Source of the DNA: Stegostoma tigrinum
Lineage: Eukaryota
NCBI RefSeq assembly: GCF_030684315.1
Contig: NC_081391.1
Location: forward strand, 14,299,342-14,363,341
DNA length: 64,000 nucleotides
Direction: 5' to 3'
Shown one piece after another: positions 38,501-50,660 of this stretch. The translations under genes and the position numbers were made by a program. The notes under the pieces are model-generated. The model worked only from the letters and a program-made list of their open reading frames with translations, had not been told where the DNA came from and ran no database searches. Position 1 is the first letter of the stretch, and each line of letters opens with the position of its first letter.

Positions 38501-41500
38501 TATTATCTTGGACACTTTGCTGCACTTGGTCCCCAGACTACTCTGCCCTGGCATGAAGTACTTGGCTAGATGTTGCTGGAGTGGCTGCCTCTTCCATATT
38601 TCTACCATCCTCTGGGTGGGGTTGGGGCAGAGGTGAGGGAGGACACTTCCTCTAACCTGTTGATTCCTCAAACCTGTGCCCTCTGGTCTTGGTGCCTGCC
38701 TTGGTGAAGACCTCTGTCCTTCCATCTTCCAACTGCCTCAGCCTCACCTGCTCCAAGGAAAATCCCAGCTTCTGGAACCTGTCTTCAATGGATTTTCAGT
38801 CTTGACGCAACATCCTAGTATTCCTCACCTGCAGCCACTCCAGTGCCATCCTGTCCCTCTGATTTGGGGTTCTGGTCACCACCCTGCATTCCATCCTTGT
38901 CCTGGTTCTCGTTGCAAAGCTTGTAACAAGACTGAGCTCTATACTGTGCCCCAACTGAAGGGGACAAACATGTCAGCCACCTTCACCAGCCTGTCTACCT
39001 TCACTGATCCTTGAGCTATCTATGGTCTGGACATTGTTATCTTAGTTCCTTTTATTCTAAAAGCTTTGCTGGCCCTGCAACAAACTAAGTTGCAGTGATG
39101 TTTCTCATCCTCCTCATGAGGAGGAGAAGGACATGGCCTCACGGTATTATTGATGAACTGCCAGTTCAGAACCAGACCATGTTATCGGGTCGTATGTTTG
39201 AATCCTGCCATGGCGGGTGGAATTTTGACGCGAGTTAAATAATCTGGAAATAAGAAGAACCTAATGATGACCATGAATCTATTGATTGTCAGAACCTCAT
39301 CAGGCTCAATATCCTTGTTTGGGAAGGATGGGTTCACACTGGGTTCACAAACCAATTTTGTGTATCCACACTTTGACAGCTGGCTGAATCATCAGTTTGC
39401 TTTTGAAGGATTAAACCAGATCTGCAGTTCTGAACTACATTCAGGCCCAGTGGTACATTTTAATGGGCTTTAACTTCTCTCTCTGGTCCAGATGTCCGAC
39501 TTTGACCGGGACGATGTTGCTCTCCCCCATGTCTCGCGGTTCTTCAAAGATCAGTCCCAGGAGAAGCAGGAACATGCAAAGAAGCTGCTGAAATTCCAGA
39601 ATCGGCGTGGAGGCCAAGTCCTCCTCCAGGATGTGAAGGTTGGAGTTGGGAAGGGATGGTGGGGTGGGCTGAGGTTTCAAGCCAGTGACAAGAATTTCTC
39701 ATACTGCAAAGTGAGAAGTTCTCCTGTTGGCTTCCCTGTTTCTCTTCTGAAATGCCAGAAGCAAGCCCTTTGGCCCACCATGTCTATGCTGACCCAGCAA
39801 ACACCCAACCACATTAATCCCATTTACCGGCACTTGGACTGCAGCCCACGATGAGCTGGCATTAAGTAGTTGTCCAGATGTTGCTGAAGTAGTTGTTTGT
39901 TCCACGTTTCCCCCCACCCCCCCCCATGCTGTATTTCACAAATCTACCATCTTCCCATTTTTCCCAAGAGTTGGAGTTGATGGTTTCCTCCAATCTCCTC
40001 AAACCTGTGCCCTGTCCTCCCCATGGCAGACTCCAAGACCATTATCCCTCTGTACTGTCCAAACGCCCCAGTCTTCCCGACTGCCACGAGATAACTGCCT
40101 CACCCCCGCACCACACCCTCACCTGCTCCAAGGAAACTCCCAGCTTCTCCAACCTCTGATCAATGGATTTTCCACCTTGGGACAACATCCTGGTGGCCCT
40201 CCCCTTCCAGTGTTTGTCCTGGCCAGGTCAAAGATGGAAGACAATGCTGCATAGTTTCTGACCGTACTTGGGCCACCCAACAGGGACAGGCAGCATGTAG
40301 GCCACCTTCACCCCCTGGTTGACCTTTGCTGATGCTTGAGGGACCAATGGTCTTAGGCACTTTGTATCTCTGTTCGTTACCATAAAAACCACGCTGTCCC
40401 TTCAATGAATCAGTGATATTTCTGATTTTGCTGCTCAGACAGGGTATGACACAGCAAAAGTGGGACTTCAACCTGGGCCTTGTGTACCAGGCATGTGGAC
40501 AGTACCACAGCACCAAGAGCCCCTAGATTAAGCTGTGCATGTCCTGATCCAAACTCCCACAGATGGACACTGGTGTAATCCATCACCTTTTGTGCAAATT
40601 AAATCCTTATCCCCTCAATGACATGGTACTGAACTTCCTCATTCAGATCAAGGATAAATGGGGCAAGGTGAAAGCAGTTAGCAAGGAGCTGACTTGATCT
40701 TCATCTAGACTTGAGGGATAGTACAGTGGCTCAGTGATCAGCACTGCTGCCTCGGTGCCAGGGACCCAGGTTTGGTTCTGGCCTTGGGTGAATGATTGGA
40801 ATTTGCATGTCTTCTCTGCATGTGCTTCCTCCTACAGTCCAATGATATGCAGGTTAGGAGGATAGGACATGAGAAATGAGGGGTTACAGGAATGGGGTGG
40901 GAGACTGTTCCAATGTTATTGGGAGGGCTGAATGGCCTGTTCCTGTGCTGCAGGAATTCTGATTCTGAAGCTTACCTGTCCTTCTCTCCATCCCCAGAAG
41001 CCAGAGAGGGATGAGTGGGGTAACAGCCTGCAGGCAATGCAGGTTGCCCTGGATCTGGAGAAGAATGTGAACCAGAGTTTGCTGGATCTACACCAACGCG
41101 CCACAGCCCAGACTGACCCTCATGTAAGCTTCACCACCTCATTCTCATCACTGCTACACCCTCAGGGCAACACTTCATTGGTTGGTCTGTGTGGGTTGGA
41201 AATTCACTGATTTACACTTTTTTTGTACAGATGACACGGATCACTTCAGATCCATACTGATTACAAAGATCATTGCTGAGCAGTTGAATCAAAGTATGTA
41301 TTTTAACTTGTAAACCTGTGGGAGGACTGAGGTGATATTGGTCACTGAATTCTCATTCAGGACCATTGCAGTAGAATGACTTTTATCCATCATGTCAACT
41401 CTGCTCTAGTTAACAATCTCCCGAGTATGCATGTTTTTCAGTGGGAATTGTAAAATTGTTAATGCACCCAGTTGTCCTATTCCTCTGTTGCAGCTGTGAG

Positions 41501-41649
41501 ACTTCCTGGAGACTCACTATTTGGATGAGGAGGTGGAGATCATCAAGCAACTTGGGGACTACATCACCAACCTGAAGCGCCTGGGAGCCCCTGAGAATGG
41601 GATGGGAGAGTACCTGTTTGACAGGCTCTCCCTGGAGGACAGCAGTTAG
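35588..41649 (+). pseudogene. Ferritin-like copy 5 with duplicated exon 2 and premature TGA in exon 4
   Basis: Exon 1 35588-35689, exon 2a 37997-38143, exon 2b 39492-39638, exon 3 40998-41123, exon 4 41494-41649. Exon 4 begins CTG TGA (41497-41499) instead of CTG TGT. Confidence 0.85.
38368..38510. mobile_element. Young Penelope-derived fold-back insertion
   Basis: Perfect 49-bp inverted arms 38398-38446 and 38464-38512; 14-bp direct repeat GACACTTTGCTGCA at 38354-38367 and 38511-38524; empty site in copy 2 near 13642-13655. Confidence 0.8.
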
Positions 41650-44509
41650 TGTGGCCTGGAGTACTGTCTGCTTGGTCTGAATGCATTCCCCACTTCACCC
41701 TGGGCAATCTGTCTCCTTCCAGGGAGAAGGGGCTTGAAGCAAAGAACGTAATGGCTGTACCAGCTGAATGGACTAAATAAAATCATGTATTGATCTTGCT
41801 TATTGTCCATCATTCAGAGCACTGGGAACTGAAGAAGGTGTCTGAGGTTGAAGACAGTTCATTCTGTAACTTGACTGATTTGAATTACTAATTGGAAGAG
41901 TGAGCACTTACTGGATATTTTGTCCCTCACATATGGGACAGTAGCTAGAAGGAGTTCTGGTTTCTTTTTTTGTTTTTGTAGTCCCATAAGGAATTCAAGG
42001 TATTCTCCTCCAAATAGAATGAGGTTGGGATTTGCTGACTGAAATGCAAGAGTCTAGAGGACAACTAGCACATATTTGGATACGGTCGGGTCAATTATCA
42101 GACAGGAAGTTCCCATACCCTCTGTAAGGGTAAAACCAGATAACCCAGTTCCATGGTATCTTTGGATTTGGAATATTTATGTGCAATGGCAGCTTTCCCT
42201 TAAAATCACTCCTCCTCCTCTCTCTCTCCCCCCCCCCCCCCCCCCCACCCGAGCAAAAACCCTGTTGGCCAAGTGGCAGACATGGCACTGTGAAGGCGAA
42301 CCTGCGATCTGATGGCTGGATCAGTTGACAAACAGCTGAAGGGAGGAGGTGCATCAGCCGCTTGGATCCTGGTGGAGGAACCAGCTCAGTTGGGAAAGAG
42401 CACATCTCGATTTTGTGCTTTTGGTCTCGCCTCCCCACTACGACCCTACCCTCATCAATATAATCTGTTCTCAAGATTGTTGCTTTGTTTCCCCGGGGGA
42501 TGCAGCCCAGGGGTTGTTGGGAGCCCGGTAAGAGGCCAAACCAGGGCCAGTGTTTGGAGGCAAGGGTCATGGCCTGTCACCTCCACACCACCTGTTGCCG
42601 CTAACTGCAGTGGGTAACTCTGACTGGTTGGATATTTCTCCTTTTTTTTTCATTCTGGGTTATATATACTTCCTCCAGGGGTCCTTGATTTAAATACCCA
42701 CCTCAGCACAACAAATCTAGCTACACTGGGCTTGAGATTTGCCCAGAATCAATCCAAAGTTGTCCTCATGTGGCTCCATGACTTCGCTTTCTTTCTGTAC
42801 CCCCGCACTCACTCCAAGTTGCCAGGTCTACTGAAATATAATCTTCCAGAACTCATCTGGGAAAATTCAGCCCAAGCATTCACAGCAGCAACGTTCCTGG
42901 GAATCGACTCAAGAAATTCCCCTGAACTAAATTCAATTACAATACATTGTCTCATTGCCACTGTCAGCAGGATAACAGTAACCTGGCAATAACACAGCAA
43001 CGCTCATGGTTAAATGCTGCCATTTGATTGGCTCTTGCTGCTAAAGCCAGCATTGAATGCACTAAGCTGCCCCCTTGGTTCCTCTGAGTCTCAACCGAAG
43101 AGGGTTACTTCTGATGCAGGCTGATGATACCCAGTGATGTTGAAGGAGTAGGGACTTCCAGTACACAGGTATCTAGGCCTGAAACATCAGCTTTTGTGCT
43201 CCTAAGATGCTGCTTGGCCTGTTGTGTTCATCCAGCTCCACACTGTCATCAGGGACTTCCAGATGGGGCTATCAGAGACATCCTGGGGATTGTTTCAGGG
43301 AGCTTTGTAGCGAGTGCGCACTGCAGTCTTCACACAGCGTGTGGGTCTGTAAGGCACTGAACGTTTGTTCCACCTCGTAAAGTATTTTATTTTTACCAAT
43401 CTGAAGTCTGGGCTACAGAATGAATCCCTGTAGTGCAGGAAGACACGATTTGCCGATGAACTCTGCATTGGCCCACCCTCCACGCTTACCTTCATGTTTC
43501 CCGTGGCTAATTTACCTAGCCTGCACTCCGCCTGTCGCTAGCAGTGGTTTAGTATTGCCAATCCACCGATTCTGCAGATCATTGGACTGTGGGAGGAAAT
43601 CCGAACAGACAAAGGACAAACGTGCAAACTCTGCACAGACAGTTTCCCCAAGGCCAGAATCAAACCCAGGCCCCTGGTGCTGTGCGGTATCAGTGCTCAC
43701 AACTGAGCCACCATCACACCCCAAAGTACCAAACACAGGAGGAGGCTGTCGCAAAGTCGAGTCATATACAGCATGAAAATTGACACTTCAGCCCGACCAG
43801 GTTTTGAAAATGTGGAGTACCATTTGCCTGCATTTGGTCCATATTCCTCTAAACCAGTCCTTTCCACATAAATGTCCAAATGCCTTTTAAATGTTGTAAC
43901 TATACCCACCTCTACCACTTCCTCTGGCAGCTTGTTCCATACATGCACCACCCTCTCTGAGGCAATGTTGTCCCTCGTGACCCCTTTAAATCTTGCCCCT
44001 CTCCCCTCAAACCAATGCCCTCTAGTTTTGGACCCCCCTACCCTGTCCCAGCATGCTTTTTATATACAGTCAATCTTGAGTGTGCCAATGGCAAGGCTAC
44101 ATTTAGTGCTCAGCAACTGTTACACTTCAGGAGGTGGTGATGAGCTGGTTATTACAGTCCACCTGGTGTGGGAGAGACCGGAATGATGCTGCTGCTGCTG
44201 CCGCTGAGGAGGGGCTTCTGGGATTTTCATTCACAAAGTATTTATAATTATTTGGGAAAGCAGTTTTATTAGAAATAGTCAGCATGGCTTTGTGGGGAGC
44301 AGGTCATGTCCCAAGCCTTATTGAATTCTTTGACGATGTGACAAAAATGCATTGATGCAGGTCAATCTGTGGATGTGGTGTACATGGATTTTAGTAAGGC
44401 ATTTGATAAGGTTCCACCTGTTTTGAGCACATCAGCCTGTTTCACACTGTCCTCAAACTACTAGGTTCCTGTCAGGTGAATACTGAAACAAAGTCAGTCA
44501 AGGCCTCTG

Positions 44510-44656
44510 AGATAATAAAATGTGGAGCTGGACGAACACAGCAGGCCCAGCAGCATCTCAGGAGCACAAAAACTGACGTTTCCGGCCTAGACCCTTCATC
44601 AGAGAGGTTTATTATCTTGGATTCTCCAGCATCTGCAGTTCCCATTATCACTGATA
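44510..44656. mobile_element. Penelope-derived insertion carrying a hammerhead motif
   Basis: Same family as the other fold-back repeats; imperfect 15-bp direct repeats at 44495-44509 and 44657-44671. Confidence 0.7.
44573..44604 (-). ncRNA. Minimal type I hammerhead ribozyme motif (Penelope-type)
   Basis: Minus strand CT-CTGATGA-AGGGTCTAGGCCG-GAAA-CGTC-AG: CUGANGA and GAAA core, stem II, palindromic ACGT stem III, GUC cleavage triplet. Confidence 0.6.
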
Positions 44657-44700
44657 CAGTAAAGACCTCTGCTATCTCCAACTCCACGCACACAAGTACC

Positions 44701-45104
44701 CTGCTGTCAACAAGCAGATTAACGTGGAGCTCACTGCCTCCTATCTCTATCAGTCTTTGGTGAGTGCCCTCTGAGGATAAAATGTAATCTGTTATGTTGG
44801 AGTGAGCTGTTTTCCTTGTTTCTAATTAGCACTAGTTGGCCTGTTGTGATTTATTGAAGTGAAGTGTTCTTAGTGTTTATTTTTTTTCTAAGTCCCTGAG
44901 ACTATTTGTTTGACTGGCAGTAACTGTCACTTCCTCAAGATTGTCAAAACTGAGAATTTGTTGGGTTTTTAAGGGTGCCCTGGTGGCTCAATGGTTGACA
45001 TGACTCAACAGTGCTGGATACCTGGGTTTGACTTCAACCTTAGGGAAATTGTACAAACTCAACAAATTCTCCCTGTGTCTTTCTTCCCACTGTCCCAAAA
45101 TGCT
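44701..45104 (+). pseudogene. Orphan 3' half of ferritin exon 1 plus start of copy-6-type intron 1
   Basis: 44701-44759 encodes ...[19 protein letters not shown] followed by GTGAGT; the whole stretch is near-identical to about 46309-46713; no ATG or promoter. Confidence 0.9.
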
Positions 45105-45957
45105 TGATATAGTTCCAAGTCAGGATTGTGACAGATTTACATGGAGCTGCTGGAGCAATGTAGGGGCTGCATTGAGCCGGAAAATTGTACAGCGTTCCGT
45201 CACCCTTCCTAACTTCAGTCTTCTCGATAGTGGACAGGCTTTGGACAGTCAGGAGTTCAGCAATTCACAACAGAATTCCCAGCCTTGACTTGCGCTCATA
45301 GCCTTGGGTATTCATAAGGTTTGACCTCTGATTATGGTTAGTGTATAATATTTAAACTTGTACGTCAATCCAATAAGATAGGGCTAGACTGGAACCTGGT
45401 ATTAGAAGCTGGGACACCAGCTGCTCAGCTCTACGTTCTAGAGAATGTAATGTAAACAGAACTACAAACTCTCACTTGGAAACACGCTTCAATTGAGGGC
45501 TAGTTCTGTTTTGCAACAATTAAAAACTGAACATGGAGATAGAAATGTTGAACGTGCGATACATTTCCTGCAGCAATTTAGACTGGGAGGCCTGAGGCCT
45601 ACCGTGTGCCTGAGGGACTCAGCACATTTAGCAGTTTGGTTTTCAAACCGGGCTTCCTCAGATCCAAAAGTCAAAGAGATCACAGTAGATACAGAATGAA
45701 TCCACAAAGTAGATTGTTTTTCTGTATTAAATGGTCCAAAAGCATATGAATTCTGTTGATGCACAGCAATAGGAAAATGTTTACTGTTGACAAAATCTAG
45801 CCATTTCTCACTGGGCTCCAACACCGTCATTCAAAAGGTACAAAAGACAAATCCCTCAGAGTAACAAACTGACAGAATTCAGCAAATCGGTGGTGATGTT
45901 ATCTAATATATACCCTCAGGTTGAAAAAAGGTGAAGTTTTAGGGAATATTTTATTCG

Positions 45958-46162
45958 CATTTTCAATTTGCACTTGTGCAGGAGGTCAAAGGTTATTCAG
46001 CAGTTCATCGTCGATGGGTGACAATTCTGATTGGCTTCAATTCCCATCCTGCACTGATTGGATGTGGCAGCCGATCAATTGATTAACAAGAGTGATTGGC
46101 CATCACTGATGATCTCATTTCCTGCTTCATAAAATGAGGGGCTGCTCCTGGAGTATGAATAG
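45958..46162 (+). promoter_or_regulatory. Degenerate promoter of copy 6
   Basis: DR1-like 45983-45995, small deletions relative to the other promoters, TATA mutated. Confidence 0.6.
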
Positions 46163-46579
46163 AGTCCCAAGGCTGTCATCTTTTATGGTGTAGTTGATAC
46201 TGCTCTAAATTTGTTGTTTTGGTTAGTAAGCCTAATAAAACAGGCTACTTGCTACTCCTCACAAGATGGCCTCTCAGATTTGTCAGAACTATCACCAGGA
46301 TTGTGAAGCTGCTGTCAACAAGCAGATTAATGTAGAGCTCACTGCCTCCTATCTCTATCAGTCTTTGGTGAGTGCCCTCTGAGGATAAAATGTAATCTGT
46401 TATGTTGGAGTGAACTGTTTTCCTTGTTTCTAATTAGCACTAGTTGGCCTGTTATGATATATTGAAGTGAAGTGTTCCTAGTGTTTATTTTTTTCTAAGT
46501 CCCTGAGACTATTTGTTTGACTGGCAGTAACTGTCACTTCCTCAAGATTGTCAAAACTAAGAATTTGTTGGGTTTTTAA

Positions 46580-46870
46580 GGGTGCCCTGGTGGCTCAATG
46601 GTTGACATGGCTCAACAGTGCTGGATACCTGGGTTTGACTCCAACCTTAGGGAAACTGTACAAACTCAACAAATTCTCCCTGTGTCTGTCTTCCCACTGC
46701 CCCAAGGTGCCTGGGTTATGGAGCTTGGGCAATTCACTATGCCCATAGTGTCTAAGGATATGAAATGCCTCATAACTGATGTGGTAGGGGTATGGATTTA
46801 GGTGGGATGCTCTTCATTTGGTTGGTGTAGAATTAATGGGCTGAATGGTGTACTTTAACATATGTTCTAT
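46580..46870 (+). mobile_element. Old HE1-like SINE in intron 1 of copy 6 (paralog about 55712-56028 in copy 7)
   Basis: GGTGGCTCAATGGTT head, CCTGGGTTTGACTCC B-box-like region, GGGCTGAATGG tail. Confidence 0.55.
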
Positions 46871-48496
46871 AGCTCCTATCTTCCCTTCTAAAAAATGATT
46901 TGGGCCAACTGTTGAAATCAAAGCACCCATTGGATAGTCACTTTTTTTGGCTATTTGAAAAAACTTAGTTTTGTGGTCATCCTAGATAAACATGATGATT
47001 TGAATATTAAATAAGGACTTGTGGCAATGATTACCAGTCAGATCTTGCTTAGCTGACCACTTTAAGGCCAGGCTGTGATTTGGGCCCACTTATGTGGGCC
47101 ACAACTGTGGTCTCCATGTTTTTGCACTTACTATTTGAGGGGTGGTCATAGTGAGGTGGCTATTTATATGGCTCATCACTTCACTTCACCTGGAGAAGGT
47201 GTTGATCTGTAGTGTATTGGTGATGTTAGAATGTCCTGAAGATATTTGGCCCAATCTCCATGAAGAAATGGAGATGCTGGCCTAACTTGAAACTGGCCCT
47301 CTTTGACAGTGGCTGTGCCCACAGCCACCTAAATGGTAGGATTTTTCTAAGTTTGAAAAATTGTTGAAGTTTCCTTTTTTAGGGGAAAATGTGAATGCCT
47401 TGCAGTCACCTCCAGAGCTACTTCAATCCTTTTTAAGTAGGATTGAGGGACTGAATGGTGTAATCCTGTCTTGATCAGCTTTGGTTATCTGTTTCATTCA
47501 AAAATGAACCAGTATCCTCAGAATTGCTTCTAGTTAACTTTGAACTGTGTAGATTGTATTTCAGGTGTTATCTTCCAACTACATGTTCACTTTGTCAAAA
47601 GCTCCAACTGAATGTTCAGCATGGAACCAATTTAAATCTACATCGGCATGACTAACTGAACAACACAAACTTCTCACCCATTTCAATAAACCAGAGGCTT
47701 AACACCTTTATTGAACAGTCAGTTTGATCTAGAATGCTAAAGAGTTCTCTTTTTCAGAATTAGAAAAGAGGCCAAAGATATAATGGGATGTAACATGTTC
47801 TCCCTTCCAGATGTCCTACTCTGACCGGGATGATGATGCCCTCCCCCATGGCTCCCAGTTCTTCAAAGATCAGTCCCAGGAGAAGCAGGAACATGCAGAG
47901 AAGCTACTGAAATTCCAGAATCAGAGTCCTGCTCCAGGATGTGAAGGTTGGAGTTGGGTGGATATGGCTGGTCTAGTGACATCAGCCTTATCAGGGACAG
48001 GATTCTTCACCTCCAGGAGCGTGAAGAGTTCTTTCAGTTTGGCTTCTGTTTCATCCCCCTCCAAGTCACTCAGTATAGAATCCAGTCTTTGGCCCACCAT
48101 GTTTATGTTGACCAACAAATACCAAAATACAATAATCCCATTCATCTGCACTTGGTCCATAGACTATTATACGCAAGCATTAAGTAGTTGTCAAAATGCT
48201 GTTTAAATGTTGCTGGACTAGCTGCCTCAACCACCATCCCTTGGGTGATGCAGTCCATATTTCTATTGCCCTCCCTTTGGAAGATTTCCTCCAATCCCTT
48301 TTATCTGGCTTACTCAAACCTGTGCCTTCTGGTCTTAGTGTCTGCCAGACTCTCCAACCTTCCACACTTCCCTCAGCCTGTGTTTTCTCTCGGAAAATCC
48401 CAGCCTATCATCTCTCAATGGATTTTCCACCTTGGGCAACATCATGCTGCCCCTGCAGTACCATCTTGTCCTGCCAGGCCAGGGATGCAATAGTAA

Positions 48497-48782
48497 GAGA
48501 TCAAAGTGCAAAGCTGGATAAACACAGCAGGCCAAGCAGCATCTTGGGAGCTCCTGAAATACTGCTTGGCCTGCTGTGTTCATCCAGCTTTGCACTTTGA
48601 CCTTGGATTCTCCAGCATCTGCAGTTCCCACAATCTGTGATCACAAGGATGTGATGGTGTTGTGACCAGGACCACTGTTTTTATATGAGGTGGTGGGTTC
48701 AGAAAAAGGGCCTAGGCCTGAAATGTCAGCATTGTTGCTCAGCTTGCTGTGTTCATCCAGCTCTAAACCTTTATTATCTCAT
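48497..48782. mobile_element. Penelope-derived fold-back fragments in copy 6 intron 2
   Basis: Inverted arms TCAAAGTGCAAAGCTGGAT...GCAGGCCAAGCAG / CTGCTTGGCCTGCTG...CTTTGCACTTTGA plus a second fragment at about 48700-48782. Confidence 0.6.
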
Positions 48783-48814
48783 TCCAAGCTGAATATTTGT
48801 CTACTACCATCCTC

Positions 48815-50660
48815 TGTCATCTATTGGACAGCCAAGTCTATATCCAGACAGCCAAACTACCCTGCCTCACTACTTTGAGTCTACCATGTGGAACCTTATC
48901 AAATGCCTTACTAAAGTCGACAGCCACAGATTGACCTACATCAATGAATTTTTGTCACCTTGAATTCTTTAAGGCTTGGGGCATGACCTGCTTCTCCCAA
49001 AGCCATGCTGATTATTTCTAATAGTTTTTCCAAATAATTATAAATACTACTACCTCTCAGATTCCTCTCCAGTAACATGCCCACCTCAGAAGCAAGACAG
49101 ACTGATCTATAATTCCAAGGATTATCCCTTTCCCTTTCTTGAACAAGAGAATGACATTTGCCAGCCTCTGATCATCTGGCACTAGTCCAGTGGACAGTAA
49201 GGACACAAAGATCCTTGCCAAAGGTGCAGCAATCCCTCCTTGCTGCTTGTAGTATCCTTGGGTATATCCCATCTGGCTCAGGGGACTTGACTGTCCCCAT
49301 GTTTTTAATCCCTTGCATATCCTTTTCCTAACACCAACCTGTTTTGAGCACCTCAGCCTGTTTCATGCTGTCCTCAAACTACTCAGTTCCCCTCTGTTGA
49401 AAAATGAAACAAGGTCATTAAAGACCTCTGCTATCTCCTTCAACTCCATGCACCCAAGCACCCTCTCCTACCCCCAATTGGCCCTAAAGCCACTCTGCCC
49501 ATCCTCCTCTTCCTCACAAGCTTAGAATGCCTTGGTTTTCCTTAGTTCTACCCATAAGGCTTTTTCATATCTTCTCGCTCAAGTCCATTCTTCAGTCCTT
49601 TTCTGGCTACCTTCTAGAGCTGTCTGATCCTTGCTTCTTCCTGACTGGATGGTCCACATGTCTTGTTATCCAAGGTTCCTTCACCTTGCCATCCCTTCCT
49701 TGCTCCAGGTGGGACAAACCTGTCCAGCACCATAGCAACTGCTCCCTAAACAATTCCACATTTTTTTTGTCATGCATTTCCCTGAAGATCTGTTCCTAAT
49801 TCATACTTGTCAGGTCTTGCCTAATAGCATTCTAATTCCCCCCCCCACCCCCCACTATAAATGTTTTCCCGAACCATCTGCTCCTATCCCTCTGATTTAA
49901 AGTCAGGGAGTTGTGATCACTAGCACTGAAATGATCTCCCACAGATCTGACACCTGACCTGGCTTGTTGCCCCATCTTGTTGGTCTAACTACATAGTCAG
50001 AAATCCTTCTTGGACACCTGACAAACTGCTCCAGCCAAAATATTTGCACTAAGGAGGTTCCATTGACTTCAGAATTTGAAGTCACCCATGATGGCAACAC
50101 TATTATTTCTTCACCTTTCCAAACTCTACCTCCCAATCTGTTCCTCAGTGCCTCTTGCTGTTGGGGTTGGTCTATAGACTTTGCCCAATAAAGTGTTTCT
50201 GACTTCCACCCACACTGTCTCAGTAGACAAACCCTCCCTAGCTGTAGAAATGGGAGTTGCTGTAATACCGTCCCTGCATTAATAATGCTACTCCCCACCT
50301 CTTTTACCTCCCCCTAGTTCTTATTAACATCTAAACATCAAACAACCATTCCTGCCATATTATCCAAGTCTCTGTAACTCTGCATGCTGTATCTACCCAT
50401 AGTACCTGTTCCCCATCCTCTGATCTATAGCTCTGGATCCCATTTCTCCTTCCAAAAGTTACACCCTTGAAGAGCTCAAACATCCTGCCCAGGATGTTCA
50501 GGCCCATCCCTCTACAGGTCCCACCTTCCCCAGAAGGAATCCCAATGATCCACACCTGAGAGCCTCCCTTTGACACCAGCTCTGTAGTCACATGTCCAGC
50601 TGCACTTGCTCTCTATTCCAAGCCTCACTACTCCATGGCACCAGGAGTAATCCTAAGGTA
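48815..50660 (-). mobile_element. Old degraded CR1-type LINE in copy 6 intron 2
   Basis: Minus-strand remnants FSKAFDKVP and IAAPLARIFVSLLSTGLVPDD..LANVILLFKKG; many indels. Confidence 0.7.

Noticed and set aside
41650-41785. SECIS element to recode the copy 5 TGA as selenocysteine
   Set aside because: No AUGA core with a properly spaced apical AA; the UTR is essentially the same as in Cys-encoding copies.
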